Assembly (NCBI RefSeq): GCF_006345805.1
Contig: NC_043002.1
Span: forward strand, 19,468,001-19,532,000
Direction of reading: 5' to 3'
Source of the DNA: Octopus sinensis
Lineage: Eukaryota
DNA: 64,000 bases
The translations under genes were made by a program, and so were the position numbers. Every line of letters starts with the position of its first letter. Position 1 is the stretch's first letter. This document shows, in pieces, positions 38,101-52,622 of the stretch. The notes beneath the pieces were generated by a model. That model was not told the DNA's origin. It made no database searches and saw only the letters and a list, made by a program, of their open reading frames with translations.

Positions 38101-41100
38101 TAATGAGAAAGAAAGATAAAGAATGGTAAGGGTGATAAGGTGGGTTGTGTAGGGGTGGGGGACAGGGCTATCCCACATTATAAGGGAGAGTATGGATGGA
38201 AGGTGTGAAGGAAAGTGAACATGAATGAGAGAAATAGATGAGGGTTGCAAGGAACCTGAAAGAGAGATTGAAGGGAAAAGGTGTTGAAGAGCTGGAGAAG
38301 CTGTGGGGTAAAGTCAGTGAAAGAAAATGAGATAGAAGTTCGGAATCAGCGGTGAGTTTAGCAAGAGCAGTGAGGGAAAGAAAGGACAGAGGGTAACATA
38401 GACGTATAGGCTGAGAGCAGAGTGTGAATGTAGAGAAAGCATTATAGGCAGAAAGGCTGTAGAGAGAGGATGATGAGAGAAAGGAGGTACCGGAGTGTAA
38501 TAGATAAATGTAGCAAAAGCAGTTAGAAAAGAAAGGAGAGTACCCTAGAGGTATAAGGGTAAGTAAAGAGATAAAGACCTGAGTAAGTGTTGAGTGGCAG
38601 TAGAGGTAACCCAGGAGTGAGGTTATTGTCTGATAGTATTGCAGGACAAACCTAGCATGTTGAGTAGAGAGGGTGTTCCAATGTAGTCTCTTATATATGG
38701 GCCACAGAAGGGCTAGGGGGTCATAGGGAAGTGGATGATGTAGTCTGCAGGGATGATGGAGAACTGAGAGATGGAGGGGAAGATAAGTGGTTGTGAGTGA
38801 TGAAGAGAGAGGAATTATAAAGAAAATGACTAACAGATATATGATGGTGGGTAAGAATGCAAAGGGACAATAAGGTAGCTTAGCAGATGAACAAAATATA
38901 TGTCACTATCTATCAGTCAAAGTATGTGGATGGATGAGTTATGGGTCTTCTGTGACAATGTATATTGCCAATCAGTACTGTACATTGTCATCTCCTTAGT
39001 AAGATGCAACATCTTCAAGTCACTTTTCACCATTTCATCTCAAATCTTCCTCCTTTACATGTTTGACTAATTTGGAGCATTTGGCACTTATGCAGCAGTC
39101 AACTTCTCTCTCTCTCTCTATGTATGTTAGTGTATATATATTTATATATATGTGTGTGTATTTGTATATGTATATACATATGTATTTATATATTTATATA
39201 CACTTATGTCTACATTATGTGTATGTGTGTGTTTGTGAGTCTATGAATAAATATATTCAATATGTATTCATTTTATCAAATTTTCTAGAACAACTTGAAC
39301 TTCTGACGTTCAGCCTTGGAATAAACACACCAACTGTTCGGCACATTCGAGTGTTTGAATATGCTGAAGGAGTACCAAGAGGTTCAAAGACCCTAGCTTG
39401 GCTGGACATCACCAAGCCACCACCTGGTCTAGAGAACAAATCATCTTTCAAGGTGGTGGTCGAAGTTGATGTAGATATGATCAGTGAAGACTTCCGGATG
39501 ATCTTTAAAGTTGGACTTGGTGCGAGAAAGTCAGTAAAAATATTTGTCTCTCTTTATTTATCTAACTCTCTATTTCTACTTTACTTTTTCTAATTTGCAT
39601 GTTTCCATTTGCTAACTTTCTTCTCTCTCTCTTTCTCCCTTTTCTCTCTAATTCTGTCTTTCCAACTCTACTTGTATCTTTCCACTCCAACCTTCCTCCT
39701 TCTTTCCATGTCCTCTTCTTCTTTTTCTCATCCTATATGTGTGTCTATGCATGTGTGTGTATCCCATCATTTCATCAACCTACTAGAAATAACAACCAAA
39801 TCTCCCAGTCATACCATGTCTCTTAGGACACATGTAGGGTACATTGGATAATGTAGTCTTAGACATACTGTTTGAATAAAACAAGGGGATCAAAGTCAAA
39901 AGACCTTTGATCATGGGTCTACTCTATTATTTCCAACCTGGAACTAAATAATACAAACTTCACAAAAATGAACCATTGGAGAGACTTCTGTGAATTTGCT
40001 CAACCCTCTAAAAACATTGGCCAAATCTCTCTTAAATTACACCCTATCATTCAAAGTATACATTGAATAATGTAGTCTTTTAAACAGTCAGGAAAAAGAA
40101 AAAAACAGATGATTATGGGTGAAATACCTTTTAACATGTCTATTTTATCAGAGATGAGTTGCAGGCTAAACAACAATGTTTACGGCCACCAGAAGCTAAT
40201 ATTGTTACATTGCTCTCATTTCACTATCACATTCCAGCTCGTGGTTATTCATTGAAAGACCAAGTTTAATTTACTATTGAGACCTCATCAGAATATTGGG
40301 CTGAAAAAAATGAGATGACACAAGATCAAGACATAAGATGAAGCTGCTATTTTGCAGCTTTGTTTAGTTCATACCATCATGTAAAAATGATCATTAAAAT
40401 AAGAAGGACCTCAGGAAATATGCTGTGCTTGAGAAGACTCGGCAAGCGCAAGTGAGACCATAACCTTGTGGCCTGTGCCAGGGGTGTAACCAGTCCACTT
40501 ATGCATGCCTTTCCTTTATTGGACACTAAACTCTGCTTGTGAAGACTTGTTGAGGCAAGTGAAATCGAAATCAAATTCGATGATTGGTATCCGTGCTAGT
40601 GGAGTGCTAAGAGAACCATATGAGTGAGATCAGGGCCAGAGGAACAAGCTGGCCTCCGAGCCGATGGCACGTTAAAACACCATTTGAACGTGATCGTTAC
40701 CTGCGTCGCCTACTAGCACTTGTGCTGGTGGCATGTGAAAAAACATTCAAGCAAGGTTGTTGCCAGTGCTGCTGGACTGGCTACTGTGCAGGTGGTACAT
40801 AAAAAGCACCATTTGAGCATGGCCATTGCCAGTACCGCCTTACTGGCCTTCGTGCCGGAGGCATGTAAAAGCACCCACTACACTCTCGGAGTGGTTGGCA
40901 TTAGGAAGGGCATCCAGCTGTAGAAACTCTGCCAGATCAGATTGAAGTCTGGTGCAGCCATCTGGTTCGCCAGACCTCAGTCAAATCGTCCAACCCATGC
41001 TAGCATGGAAAGCGGACGTTAAACAACAACGACGATGATGATGATGACAATGACAATGAGGACCTCTTAAACTATGACACAAAGTCTTAGGTCACATAAG

Positions 41101-44100
41101 TTTGTAAGCCCAACTAGATTTGTCAGAGTTCCCTCTTCAGTGCTTATTACTCTCAACCATGTCACTCACCTTATACAAGCACACCAAGTGGCATCATGAA
41201 TAAGTGTTGGGATAATTTTTAATGGCAATGATAATTCACAAGGTCAATCCTACCTTAACAATATACAAGAATATGTAAAGTGTAAAAGAAAAGATTTTTA
41301 AATTCATATGCCTCTGGAAAAAGATTTTCCTAATGTTTTGGACTGAGCTTGTCATTGAAGTCAAGAATAAAATGTTTTGTGTCCTTTGTCTATTTGAGAC
41401 TGTAAAAAAATGCAACAAACTACTGCAATAATATGAAAAGCAGAAGAGAACTATTACTTCATTAATCACAAGTTGGGTTGTAATTTTTCTCTGAGGTATT
41501 TTAATTTAAAATTGATATTAACTGAACTTTAGTTATGGACAGATCTGAAGCTATAATCCAAAAGCAAAACAAAATTTGATGATAGGAACCAAAATATGTG
41601 CAGAAAATTTGTTTTATTGACTCATATTTCAGTTTTTGCTGAAATTTAGTTTAATTCAAGTTTCAGACGGATTATTTTCCCTTTTATAAATTTTTTGATA
41701 AAAATTAATCAAATTTGTATCCATAAAAATTAATGAATTTTTATCTTGAAAAATTAATAAATTTGTGTCGTAAAAAGTTAATAAACCTATATCCCTAAAA
41801 TGAATTAATAAATTTGTGTCTCTGAAGAATAAAAGTCTGTGTTAGTTACATACATGTATATCAAATCTTAGAAATAGAGAAATAAAAATTTACCTACTGA
41901 CTTTTAAGATTTATTACCTTATAACTTGTTCATTCATTGACTTAAAATTTTTAAAGTAGAGTGAGGTACAGTGGCCATGGTGTTGAAGTATTTGGCTCCT
42001 GAAAACAGGATCACAAGTTCAGATTTCACTACAGCTATTGTGCTGTGTCTTTGAGTAGGGCATTTAACTTTATATGCTCCAGTAGATTCAGGAGAACAAA
42101 GAAAATAGACACTGCCTAAAAGAAATTCCACCACTCATGCAAGCCTGGAAAAAGGGTGTCATTTATGAGAGATAGAGACAGACAGACAGAGCACAGACAT
42201 GGCTGTGTTGTTAAGATACTCATTTTGCAACCATGTAGTTTGGGGTTCAGTTGCAATGTGCAGCATTTTGGGCAAGTGTCAGCTTTATCCCTAAACCAAC
42301 CAATGCCTTGTGACTAAATTTGGTAGCTGGAAACTGTGTGAAAGCCCATTGTGTGTGTGTTTGTCCCAACCACCACCACCACACCACCACTTTACAACAG
42401 GTGTTGGTTTGATTATATCCTTGTAATTTAGCAGTTCAGCAAAAGAAAGTGATAGAATAAGTACTGGGGTTGATTTGTTCAACTAAATGCTTGTAGATAA
42501 TGCCCCAGCATGGCTGTATTCCAATCACTGAAACAAGTAAACGATAAAAGATATATATTTATATACTCTTGACTGTTCTCAAATCACATTTCATTCAAAT
42601 AATATTGTCTGATAATTTGTTTTCTTGTTTCTTTTCAGCATTGGTTTCAATGTAGCTATAGAAGAGCTGACAATTCGAGGAACTCTACAAATCAACTTAG
42701 ATATGTCTATGGACACACCGTTTCCCCATTTCTCTAAAGCCACAGTATATTTTACTGAGACGTAAGTGGTGTCATATTTCTAAGCATACTAAAACAGTTT
42801 GATTGCATGAATGATTTTTACTGTTGTTGTTGAGTCCCAGGTCATCCTGGATTTCAACAGACCTATGGTCAAAAGCATTCCAACTATGACCACCCTGTTA
42901 ATTTTCGTTTCATATCTAGATCTATATTACTCAATGTGTCCTATGTGTATGATGCCAGAGCAGTGTTACATTCACTAACATTAGGTATGAATTTGATTCT
43001 CAGACTGGGTAGTAGTACATTGTGACCTTCAGCAAGGCACTTCCTTTCACATTACCCTAACCAAACTCAACTGAAAATAAGTGCCTGTGACAGCAGGTTA
43101 ACCTTGTGGTGGAGTAGCATCTCATTTAGAGAAACAATCCAAGTAAAATGCATCTTTTTGAGCCAATAGGCCCAAAGCAAACTTTGACTTAGACATTTGA
43201 AGAGTATTTTAACTGCTATGTCTAGTTAGTCAGACAACTACTTAAATTTACTTGTCAGCTCATAGAGGGTGTTTTGATATCACAAATGTTTTCTTGTCAG
43301 CTCATAAAGCTTTTCATTGTTATTATCATATAGTGGCTCTCTTATTGTCTCTTCGAGACTGCCTCCTTGGCTCAGCATTAGTTGTTTTGGCCAGAGATGC
43401 AATAGGAAAACTAAGAATATTGAGTGTTCAACTGCACAAATTCAGCAATGCAATAACTGAATTAATGGCAAAACAAAATATTCACTACTATATCCATGCT
43501 AACGAAAATAACACCTGTTTAAATTCAGAATTTTTAGGTTTAATTTCAGCATGTTATTTTCTTTGTAATTTACACTTTTGACATACCTCAGTATTTTGTG
43601 GGTGTTTTTTTTTTTCAAGGTCTCTACTTTTTTATCTATTTTTTCTTTTCTTTTTTATGAGAGAAAAAGGCCATTCCATGGAAAAAGTTCAAATGCAATA
43701 ATTTTTATTTAAAAACTTTTTTTTGGAATTATATTATTGATTATAATGCTATTGCTTGTTACTTTACATTCTATCTTCCATGATCAATAAAATAAGAACC
43801 AGCCAAATTATTCAGTTAACAGCCTTTTCCAAATCTTGATGGCCTTTTGAATATGCTAAAAATCATTATGGTTTATGTGTGTGTGTGTGTGTGTGTTTGT
43901 GTGTATATATATATATATATGTATGTATAGATATACACATATGTGTGCAGTATGTACATGTATGTATCAATGCAGCATGTAAGTAAGTAGATGTGTGTGT
44001 ATGTATGCATACAGTTTCACTTTACTACATAACTGAATGCCTAGCAGAAAGATAGACTAGAAGGGAAACAATTTTTCTAGCTAAAAACATCCTCCATCAA

Positions 44101-44148
44101 TGCAAGTATAGAAAAGTAAATATGAAACAGCATATATATATGCGCACG

Positions 44149-44197
<49 letters not shown>

Positions 44198-46691
44198 TCA
44201 TTTGTTTTATGTCCATGCATGGGTTGGTAAATGTTATTTGAAGCATTGTTTTACAGCTGGATGCCCTTCCTGATTCTAATCCATACTTGCTTTTCAAATT
44301 TGGGATCACTTGCTCCACATTACACTGAAAGTACAAAATTCCCAGGTCATTTCTTGGCAGGAGAAACTGAAAACACCACCACACTTTCATATAAGTGATT
44401 GCAAATGTAAATGCACAAATAATGAGTGTGTATATGTATACATATATCTGTGCATTATATATGTATGCACAATGGTTTTCTTTACACTTTTTATCTGCCA
44501 AATACACTCACTCACTCACAAGGTGTTGGTTGGCTCAGGGCTATAGTAAATTATACTTGTCCAAGGTGCTGGAAAGTGAGATTGAACCTAAAACTATGTG
44601 GTTGAGAAGTAAACTTCTTAACCACACAGCCATGCCTGCACTTACTCACATACATACACGTGTGTGTGTGTGTCTGTGTGTGTGCACATACACACACTTC
44701 TAATATGTATAAACTTTAATATATACATAAATTCTATATATTATATATGCAAAGAATAATCATTACTAAATATTCAAAAGTGGTAAGCTGGTAGAATTGT
44801 TATCATGCTGAGCAAAATGCTTAGCAGCGTTTCAACCAACTTTATGTTCTGAGTTCAAATTCTGCTGTGGTCGACTTTGCCTTTCATCCTTTCAGGGTCA
44901 ATAAAATAAGTACCAGTTAAGCACTGGGAGGAGGAAGCAGAGGTCAATGTAATTGACTTACCCTCTCCCTCAAACTTTCTGGCTTTGTACCAAAATTTGA
45001 AACCATTATTAAACAATTAGTATAATGTCAAGCTTTTGATTGGAAATGACCCATGCAATATTTTCTATTATAATTATTCACCAGACACACAGGGGAAGGT
45101 AAAGTAGAGATGATGGTTATTGTTGATGTTGATATTTAATTCTAGATGAACCTTGATTGGACAGATCTATGCTCAAAGGCATTTCCATCAGTTACCACCC
45201 TGTATTTTTGTATATCTAGGACCATATTGTCAAGTACGTCTTCTCTTTTTTGAAGCTGGCAAGGTGTAATTTGTGGGAGATTTGGCTGCTATTTCTGATG
45301 GGGCAAGTGGCTACACAGAAGTTCTCTCATTAGTTCAGGACTGGTGGTGGTTGTTGAATATTAAAATTAAGAAAAGAAATAAATTACTTTTTCTTCTGTG
45401 TATGACTAATTTAGAAGTGTAACCTCTTCTGTTTCAGCCCTGATGTTTGGTTTAATATCAGTGTGATGGGTGGGCTTCAAGTTATGGAGATGCCACTGTT
45501 GAAAACCTGGATCCATACCCATGTCAAAGAAGGAATCACCAAAGGTTAGTATTGACTATAATACACCTATTACAGTTTCTCAAAATACTTCATTAGCTGT
45601 GCCACCAATTTGAGTTGGATCTGAAATCCGGTCAAAGCTGATTATATTTTTCACTATGCTGATGTTTATGAGTTAAATTACAAATAAAGCTTACAAATGG
45701 ATCTATTTCATTCTCTTTCTCTACACACTTCATTTTAATTATTCTTATCCCCTTCTTTCTCACTCTATCATTTTGTTATATTGCTTTCCACATAATCTTT
45801 TCTCATACCCTCTGCAAGCTCTCTTTTCTCTGACTTTTTGTCACTATTTATTTACCACAAACTATCAGCAATGCTGAATGTCAGGCTCATATGTATCAGC
45901 ATATATTAAATGCCATTTTTAAAAATTATATGTCCTAGTAATACAAATAAAAGAGATATCAGGATAAGAGGTCCTGTGGTAAAATATAAAAATGAAAAAG
46001 CAGGAAAGAATAGAAACATAATGACATTCAGGAAATTCTTCACTGAATTTTTTATCTTAGATATTTTTCTTCAATATTTTGTTTCCTACTCACCCGTGAT
46101 CATTAACCTTTCATTCCTTTTCCAGCTCTGGTTGATCCAGCAAAGCTGGATGTTAGTCTTGCCTCTGTTGGACCAGTCCAATATCAACGCTCTATGGTGA
46201 AACGACAGTGTGGTGAGTTTCTGGTATTCTATTTCTCTAGTTGTAATTTCCCATTGTACCTGATTTCATTCTATACTTGTTAAACAACAAGGTCAGCTTT
46301 GCCTTTCTTCTCACCATTGTTGATAAAATAAAGTTCTATTAAAGTACTGACATCGATGATATCAATTACTCCCTCTTGGCTAAAATTGCTGACCTCATGA
46401 CTCGATGAAATGCTTTGTGGTATTTCACCTCTCACTACATGCTGAGGTCAACTTTATACTGGGGTCAATGTTATCGACTAGTCCCCTCCCCCAAAATTGC
46501 TACCCTTCTGACAAAATCTGAAACCTTTATTATTATTATTATCATTATTATTATTATTATCATTATTATTATTATTATCATTATTATTATTATCATTATT
46601 ATTATTATTATCATTATTATTATTATCATTATTATTATTATTATCATTATTATTATTATCATTATTATTATTATTATCATTATTATTATTA

Positions 46692-46735
<44 letters not shown>

Positions 46736-48418
46736 TAGGGTGATTGATTGGCAGAATTGTTAGCACATTGAACAAATTACCTTGCAGTATTTGTCTGGCT
46801 CTTTATATCTTGAGTTCACATCCCACTGAAATTAAAGTTAAACTTTCATCCTTTTCGTGTCAATAAAATAAAGTACAAGTCAAGGATTGGAGTTGGTATA
46901 ATCAACTGTTGCTTCCCCCAAAATTTCTGGTTTTGTGCCTATTTAAGAAATTATTATTATTACACCAGGTAAAATGCTTAGTGGCATTTCGTTCATCTTT
47001 TACTTTCAAATGTTGCTGATGTCAATTTTGCCTTTCATTCTTTCACAGTTGATAAGATAGATACTAGTTGAGCACTGAGGTCAATGTAATCAACTTACTC
47101 CCATGATTACTGGCCTTGTACTAAAATTTGAAACCATTATTATTATTGTTATATTGAGATCAATGGATTGGAAAAATCATTGGTATGTCAAGGAAAAATT
47201 CCATGTCTTGCAGAATTTATTCTGCTCCTTAAAAATCCTTTTGAGGGAAACTCTGCATTTCATTCTTCTGGGGTCAATAAATTAAAATACCAGTAACATA
47301 CTGAAGTCAGTTTAATCAACTAACCTCTTTCCCATAAATTTCTGGTTTGGTACCTATTTTGGTTTCAAATTTTAGCACAAGGCCAGCAATTTGGCGGTGG
47401 GGGTAAGTTAATTAAATTAACCTTAATGCTCAGTTGGTATGTATTTTATCAACCGCAAAAAGACAAAAGGCAAAATTCACCTCAGCAGAATTTGAACTTA
47501 GAACATGAATCTGGATGAAATGCTGCTAAGCATTTTGCCTGGCATTCTAATGATTCTGCCACTATAATGCTAGAGGTAGATGCTTCACATACTCTAGTTT
47601 AATATCTCGCATTTACGAGTTCAATACCCTTCTGGAATTGACATTTTCATCCTTCTAGGAATCAATAAAATAACTACTAACTATACATGTGAAAGAGAAG
47701 TCAGTTTTAATAGTATTAACTCTCTCCTTAAAATTCCCATTGTGTTTATTCACAAGATCAACCATCAGTGATTGTTCCCTCCTGGACTTGCTTCAGGGCC
47801 CTAGGATACACATCCCTTATGGTCCCACCCCAGAACAAGGTGCAGGCTTATTGTTTGTTATACTAGCATTGGGTGGAGACTGCATCATATTTTTTAAACA
47901 CACCCCTCTACATTGATTATTTTAAATAAATGAACCAATCATGAACTCTTTCTCATTGAAATCCTATTCTGTATTATTTCCATTTCATATCCAGCACAAG
48001 GTGTCCTAACCATACACATAAAAGGTTACCCCAAACCCAACATAGGTAAGTAAGAGATTTCAACTGTTTTAACCTGAGTTCTTTTAATTTATATATTTTC
48101 ATCTTTATTACTTGGTTACTATCATGATTATATGTATGACTGTGTAAGTGTGTGCATATGTGTATGCTTGTAGTTTGTATGTTGGTGTAATTACAGGTGC
48201 AAGTCACCATCTTCGTTGTCATTTAATGCCCTGTTTTCCATGCTGGCATGGGTTGGATGCATTGATTGATAACTGGTAAGTCAGGGTGGGGGGCCCTGTA
48301 CCAGGTTCCAATCTGATTTGGCAAGGTTTCTACAGCTGGATGCCATTCCTAACACCAACTACTCCAAGAGTGTAGGGGGTGCTTTGTTTACATGCCACTG
48401 GCATGGATTGTGTGAATA

Positions 48419-48457
<39 letters not shown>

Positions 48458-51153
48458 TGTAGTTGTGTGAGTGTCTGTCCCCTTCGATTTAGATTCCTAA
48501 CTCCTCCCACATTTTGCGGTGCAGTTTAACCAAATTCGGGTATCTTATAGTCGTGATTAATATCGAGCCCCTCTGGCTATTAGCGCGCATCTACGATGAG
48601 TCTACGATTTTAAAAATAATTTAACATCATTTTTTATTCCATTTTAATGCATAATATTTCGTGTGTCGATGGCGGCGGAGTTGGCGTCCACGCTCAAACA
48701 CCTGCACCTGTGTTTGCTTCTCCCCCTTCTTCCCTCCCTCGTGAAGCTGTGGGGAAGGGAGTTTAAGGAAATCAACGTCGTAATGCGTTGTCAAGGAGAC
48801 CAGCGTTCTTTTAGAACAACGACTTCATGGCTTGAAGACACCAAAACAGAAATGGCTAAGAAAGCCCAAATTGGCATCTATAAGGGAAGTAACTCTCTAA
48901 AAATGCTTATATAGTTATTTCCCTTACAAACCCGAGCAACGCCGGGCGATACTGCTAGTATATATATATATATATTATTTATATAGGCACATAAAAAGCA
49001 CCATTCGAGTGTGATCGTTACTAGCGTCGCCTTACTGGCACTTGTGCCGGTCGCACATGAAAAAACATTCGAATGAGGTCGTTGCCAGTGCTGCTGGACT
49101 GGCTCCTGTGCAGGTGACATGTAAAAACACCATTTGAGCGTTCTTGTGTGTTTAAAAATATATGTGTAAATACTACTACTGTTAGAATTTAATACTGACC
49201 TAGTTAGTTCGTTAAAGTCTACTTGTTTTCCTTATTAATATTATTGTTATCAAAACCAGTATAAATGTAACAAAATTGCATATTTTACTATAGAGTACAG
49301 GCATGACTGGGTGGTTAAAAAGTTATGTTAAGAAAGATAAGTTTTGTGAGCGCATGATTTTGAGTTCAATCCTACTATGGCAAATGTTCTCTACCTCAGC
49401 TTCAGATTGATCAATAGCTTGTAAGCTGAACTTAATCAACAGAAACTGTGCAGAAAGCAAACACATATGTGTGTATGTTTATATCTCCTTGTCTTGACAT
49501 TGCATGATAGATGTAAATACCATCTTACAAGTAGTATTATTCATTTCCAGTCTTCCATGAAAACATGCCAAGTGATGGGAATATTATCTTGGTTGTAAAG
49601 AGGTCAGGGTTAGTGACAAGAAGGCCATTTGGTCATAGAAAAATCTGCCTCAATGATGATAAAATAGACATTAAAAAAATGACGATGATGGTGTGTGTAT
49701 GTCTGTATGTATATGTTAAACTGAGATTATTATTTTAAACTAGTTTAGTAATAATAATGGAACATTTACTGATAGACTGACTGAAGGTAGAGTCAAATGT
49801 ATTAGAGTTAACTTTGTGTGTGTGTGTGTGTTTATGACTTTGCTTATGCTTACACCTGTCTTAAAGCATGTGTTCTTTATATTGTGCTCTTTTATGTCCT
49901 GTAACTTAACAGAGATTGATAAAGCAAGTGCTAGGTTCAATATAATTAAACGCAATGCCCCAGGGTGACTGCATGCCAATGCTTAAACTATCAAAAGAAA
50001 TAGTATAGTTATGACTGCTAATATTATTGTTCTTGTTGCTGATATTGTTGTGCCTCTTATTTTATTGCAGACAATGGCCTTGACGATGTGGTCTACACAG
50101 TACTTAGACTCAGTGATCACAAGCGTCAATGTCCTGAGGTTTATGATTCACAAAACTGGGAGGATCTTTGTTCCTTTTTGGTCAGTGATCTGGCAACAGA
50201 TAAGGTTAGTTTGATTTTATAATGTCCTTACTAGTACACCACTGCTTCACCCTACACTGCTATCCCTCCACCATCCCCACTGCTACATGATCCCTAATAC
50301 AATACTGCTGTCTCACCACTACTAAACCACAACCACTGGTTCACTACTACCACTCCATTGCTAAATGGCTACCAACATGTCACCATTGTCACACAAAAAT
50401 CACTTCACCCGCACTGTTAAGCCACAACCTCTACTATTTTAGTACCACTCCAGCATGACCACTGCCTCACAATTCATAGGGTTTTAGTTGTTTTTTCTTA
50501 TTTTGCTTTCAAAAATCAATGTAGTACCCATGACTTTCAGAGTTGCATACAGTAACCTTCAAAAATTCTGTGCTTCTCAAAATTTGTCAGCACGACTCCT
50601 GACATACCTGTACACCCTTCCCTCTCTAAGATTGTTTTTCTGTTCACTTTTCTGACTTCCTGTGCTTTATCTTGTGTACTATGAATGTTATTGTATACAT
50701 GATTTTGGCTGTCATTGCTGTCTACTTGCGTTATTGAGGCTTCCCATTCCCTCATTTACTTCTTTTTCTGATTAGTTGTAGTGCACCTGAGTACTGTGTA
50801 CAATATAACCTAATAATAATTCTGAGCCTCACAGAGGCGATGACCAAGACCTTTGGTATTATGTCATGCTTGAGAAGAAGACCCATCAAACTGAGCAAAA
50901 TCGCAGTCATGGCAGATACTGGTGTCACACAAATTGAACCCCATGCTGGTAGCACGTAAATGCACCCCAGTGTCATGCAAATGGCACCTGTGCCAACGGC
51001 ATGTAGAAACACCCATTATACTCTCAGAGTGGTTAGTGTTAGGAAGGGCATCCCAATCATGCCAAATCAGACCGGTGCCTGGTGCAGCCTTCTGGCATGC
51101 CAGCCCAGTCAAGCTGTTCAACCCATGCCAGCATGGACAATGGGCTTTAAATG

Positions 51154-51200
<47 letters not shown>

Positions 51201-52576
51201 CATTATTATTTTAAGACTTTGAATAGGTAAAATCATTAGTGTGCCAAACAAATTGCTTTATGGTATTTTGTCTGCCTTTATATTCTGTGTTCAAATTCCA
51301 CCTAGGTTGGCCTTTTCATCCTTTTGGGGTTAAAATAAGCACCAATTAAGTACTGGAGTCGATGTAATTGACTTATCCCCTCTCCTCCAAATTTCAGTTC
51401 ATGTGTCTGTAGTAGAAAGAATTAAAGACATCATTATTATTATTACTATTATTAAGGCAGCAAGCAGGCATAATTGTTAACATTTTTGACTAAATGCTTT
51501 GCAGCTTCCAGTGCTATATTCTGGGTTCATATTCTACTGAAGTCAACTTTGCTTTTCATCCTTTTGGGGTTAATTAACTAAATACCAGGTATACACTAGG
51601 GTCGATGCAATCAACTGTCCCCTTCCTTAAAATTTCAGGCCTTGTGCTTATAGTAGAAAGAAATTATTACCAATATTGTTGTTATTATTATTATTATTTT
51701 AAGGAAATGAGCTGGTTGAATTGTTAGCGTGCCAGGCGAAATGCTTAGTGACATTTCATGTGGCACCACGTTCTTAGTTCAAATGCTGCTGGGGTCGACT
51801 TTGCCTTTCATCCTTTTGGGGTCAATAAATTAAGTACCAGTTACATACTGGTCCCCTCCCCCCAAATCTAACGCCTTGTGCCTCCTGTAGAAAGGATTAT
51901 TATTATTATTATCATTCTTCTTCTTCTTATTATTATTATTTTTATTATTATTATTATTATTATCATCATTATTATTATTCTGTTTCGATTTTTCAGCTTC
52001 ATCTAAAATACAAATGCAAACGCTTATTGACCAGTGTTACACTCGAAGAACATGAAATATTACTGTCTCAGTACCCATTCCAAATAAAGGGAGAGTAAGT
52101 TGATGTTGATCTTGCCTCTTCCGCACTTCTACTTTACTCATAACTATATGCCACATTCTCAAGCTTTCAGCTTCACCCTACTTGCAACTATGTGTAATGT
52201 ATTCTATTTTAATGTGTATTCAAAAGTATATAAATATACATTCACCTTATACAATTGAACTCAGTTATTCATGTGTATGGTAGGGGTGCATAAATATTCT
52301 TGTTTTTCTATACCACTCGTTTTCACATTAAGCATAGATGTATGTACAATGATGATATATATATATATATATATATATTTGAGAAAATGAGTAGAGATGG
52401 CTTTTGGGGAGGAGGATAATGTTTATTTTGATAATAGATTGACTCTGGTATGAGTTTCAAGTTTCAAATAGCAATTTCCAAACTGAAAAATGTATGTTTC
52501 ACTGGTTGCTTAAATTCCCAAAAATTTTTTGCTATTTAAGCAACCAGTAAAACATACATGTATATTATCATCATCA

Positions 52577-52622
<46 letters not shown>

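Noticed and set aside
40660-40880. CRISPR array
   Set aside because: Eukaryotic context with no cas genes; the spacers are homologous between dispersed loci and are part of a LINE 3'UTR
47833-47872. Alternative C2A first-strand exon (EQGAGLLFVILAL)
   Set aside because: Weak gtggag donor; exon 47995-48045 has consensus splice sites and a better GVLTIHI motif
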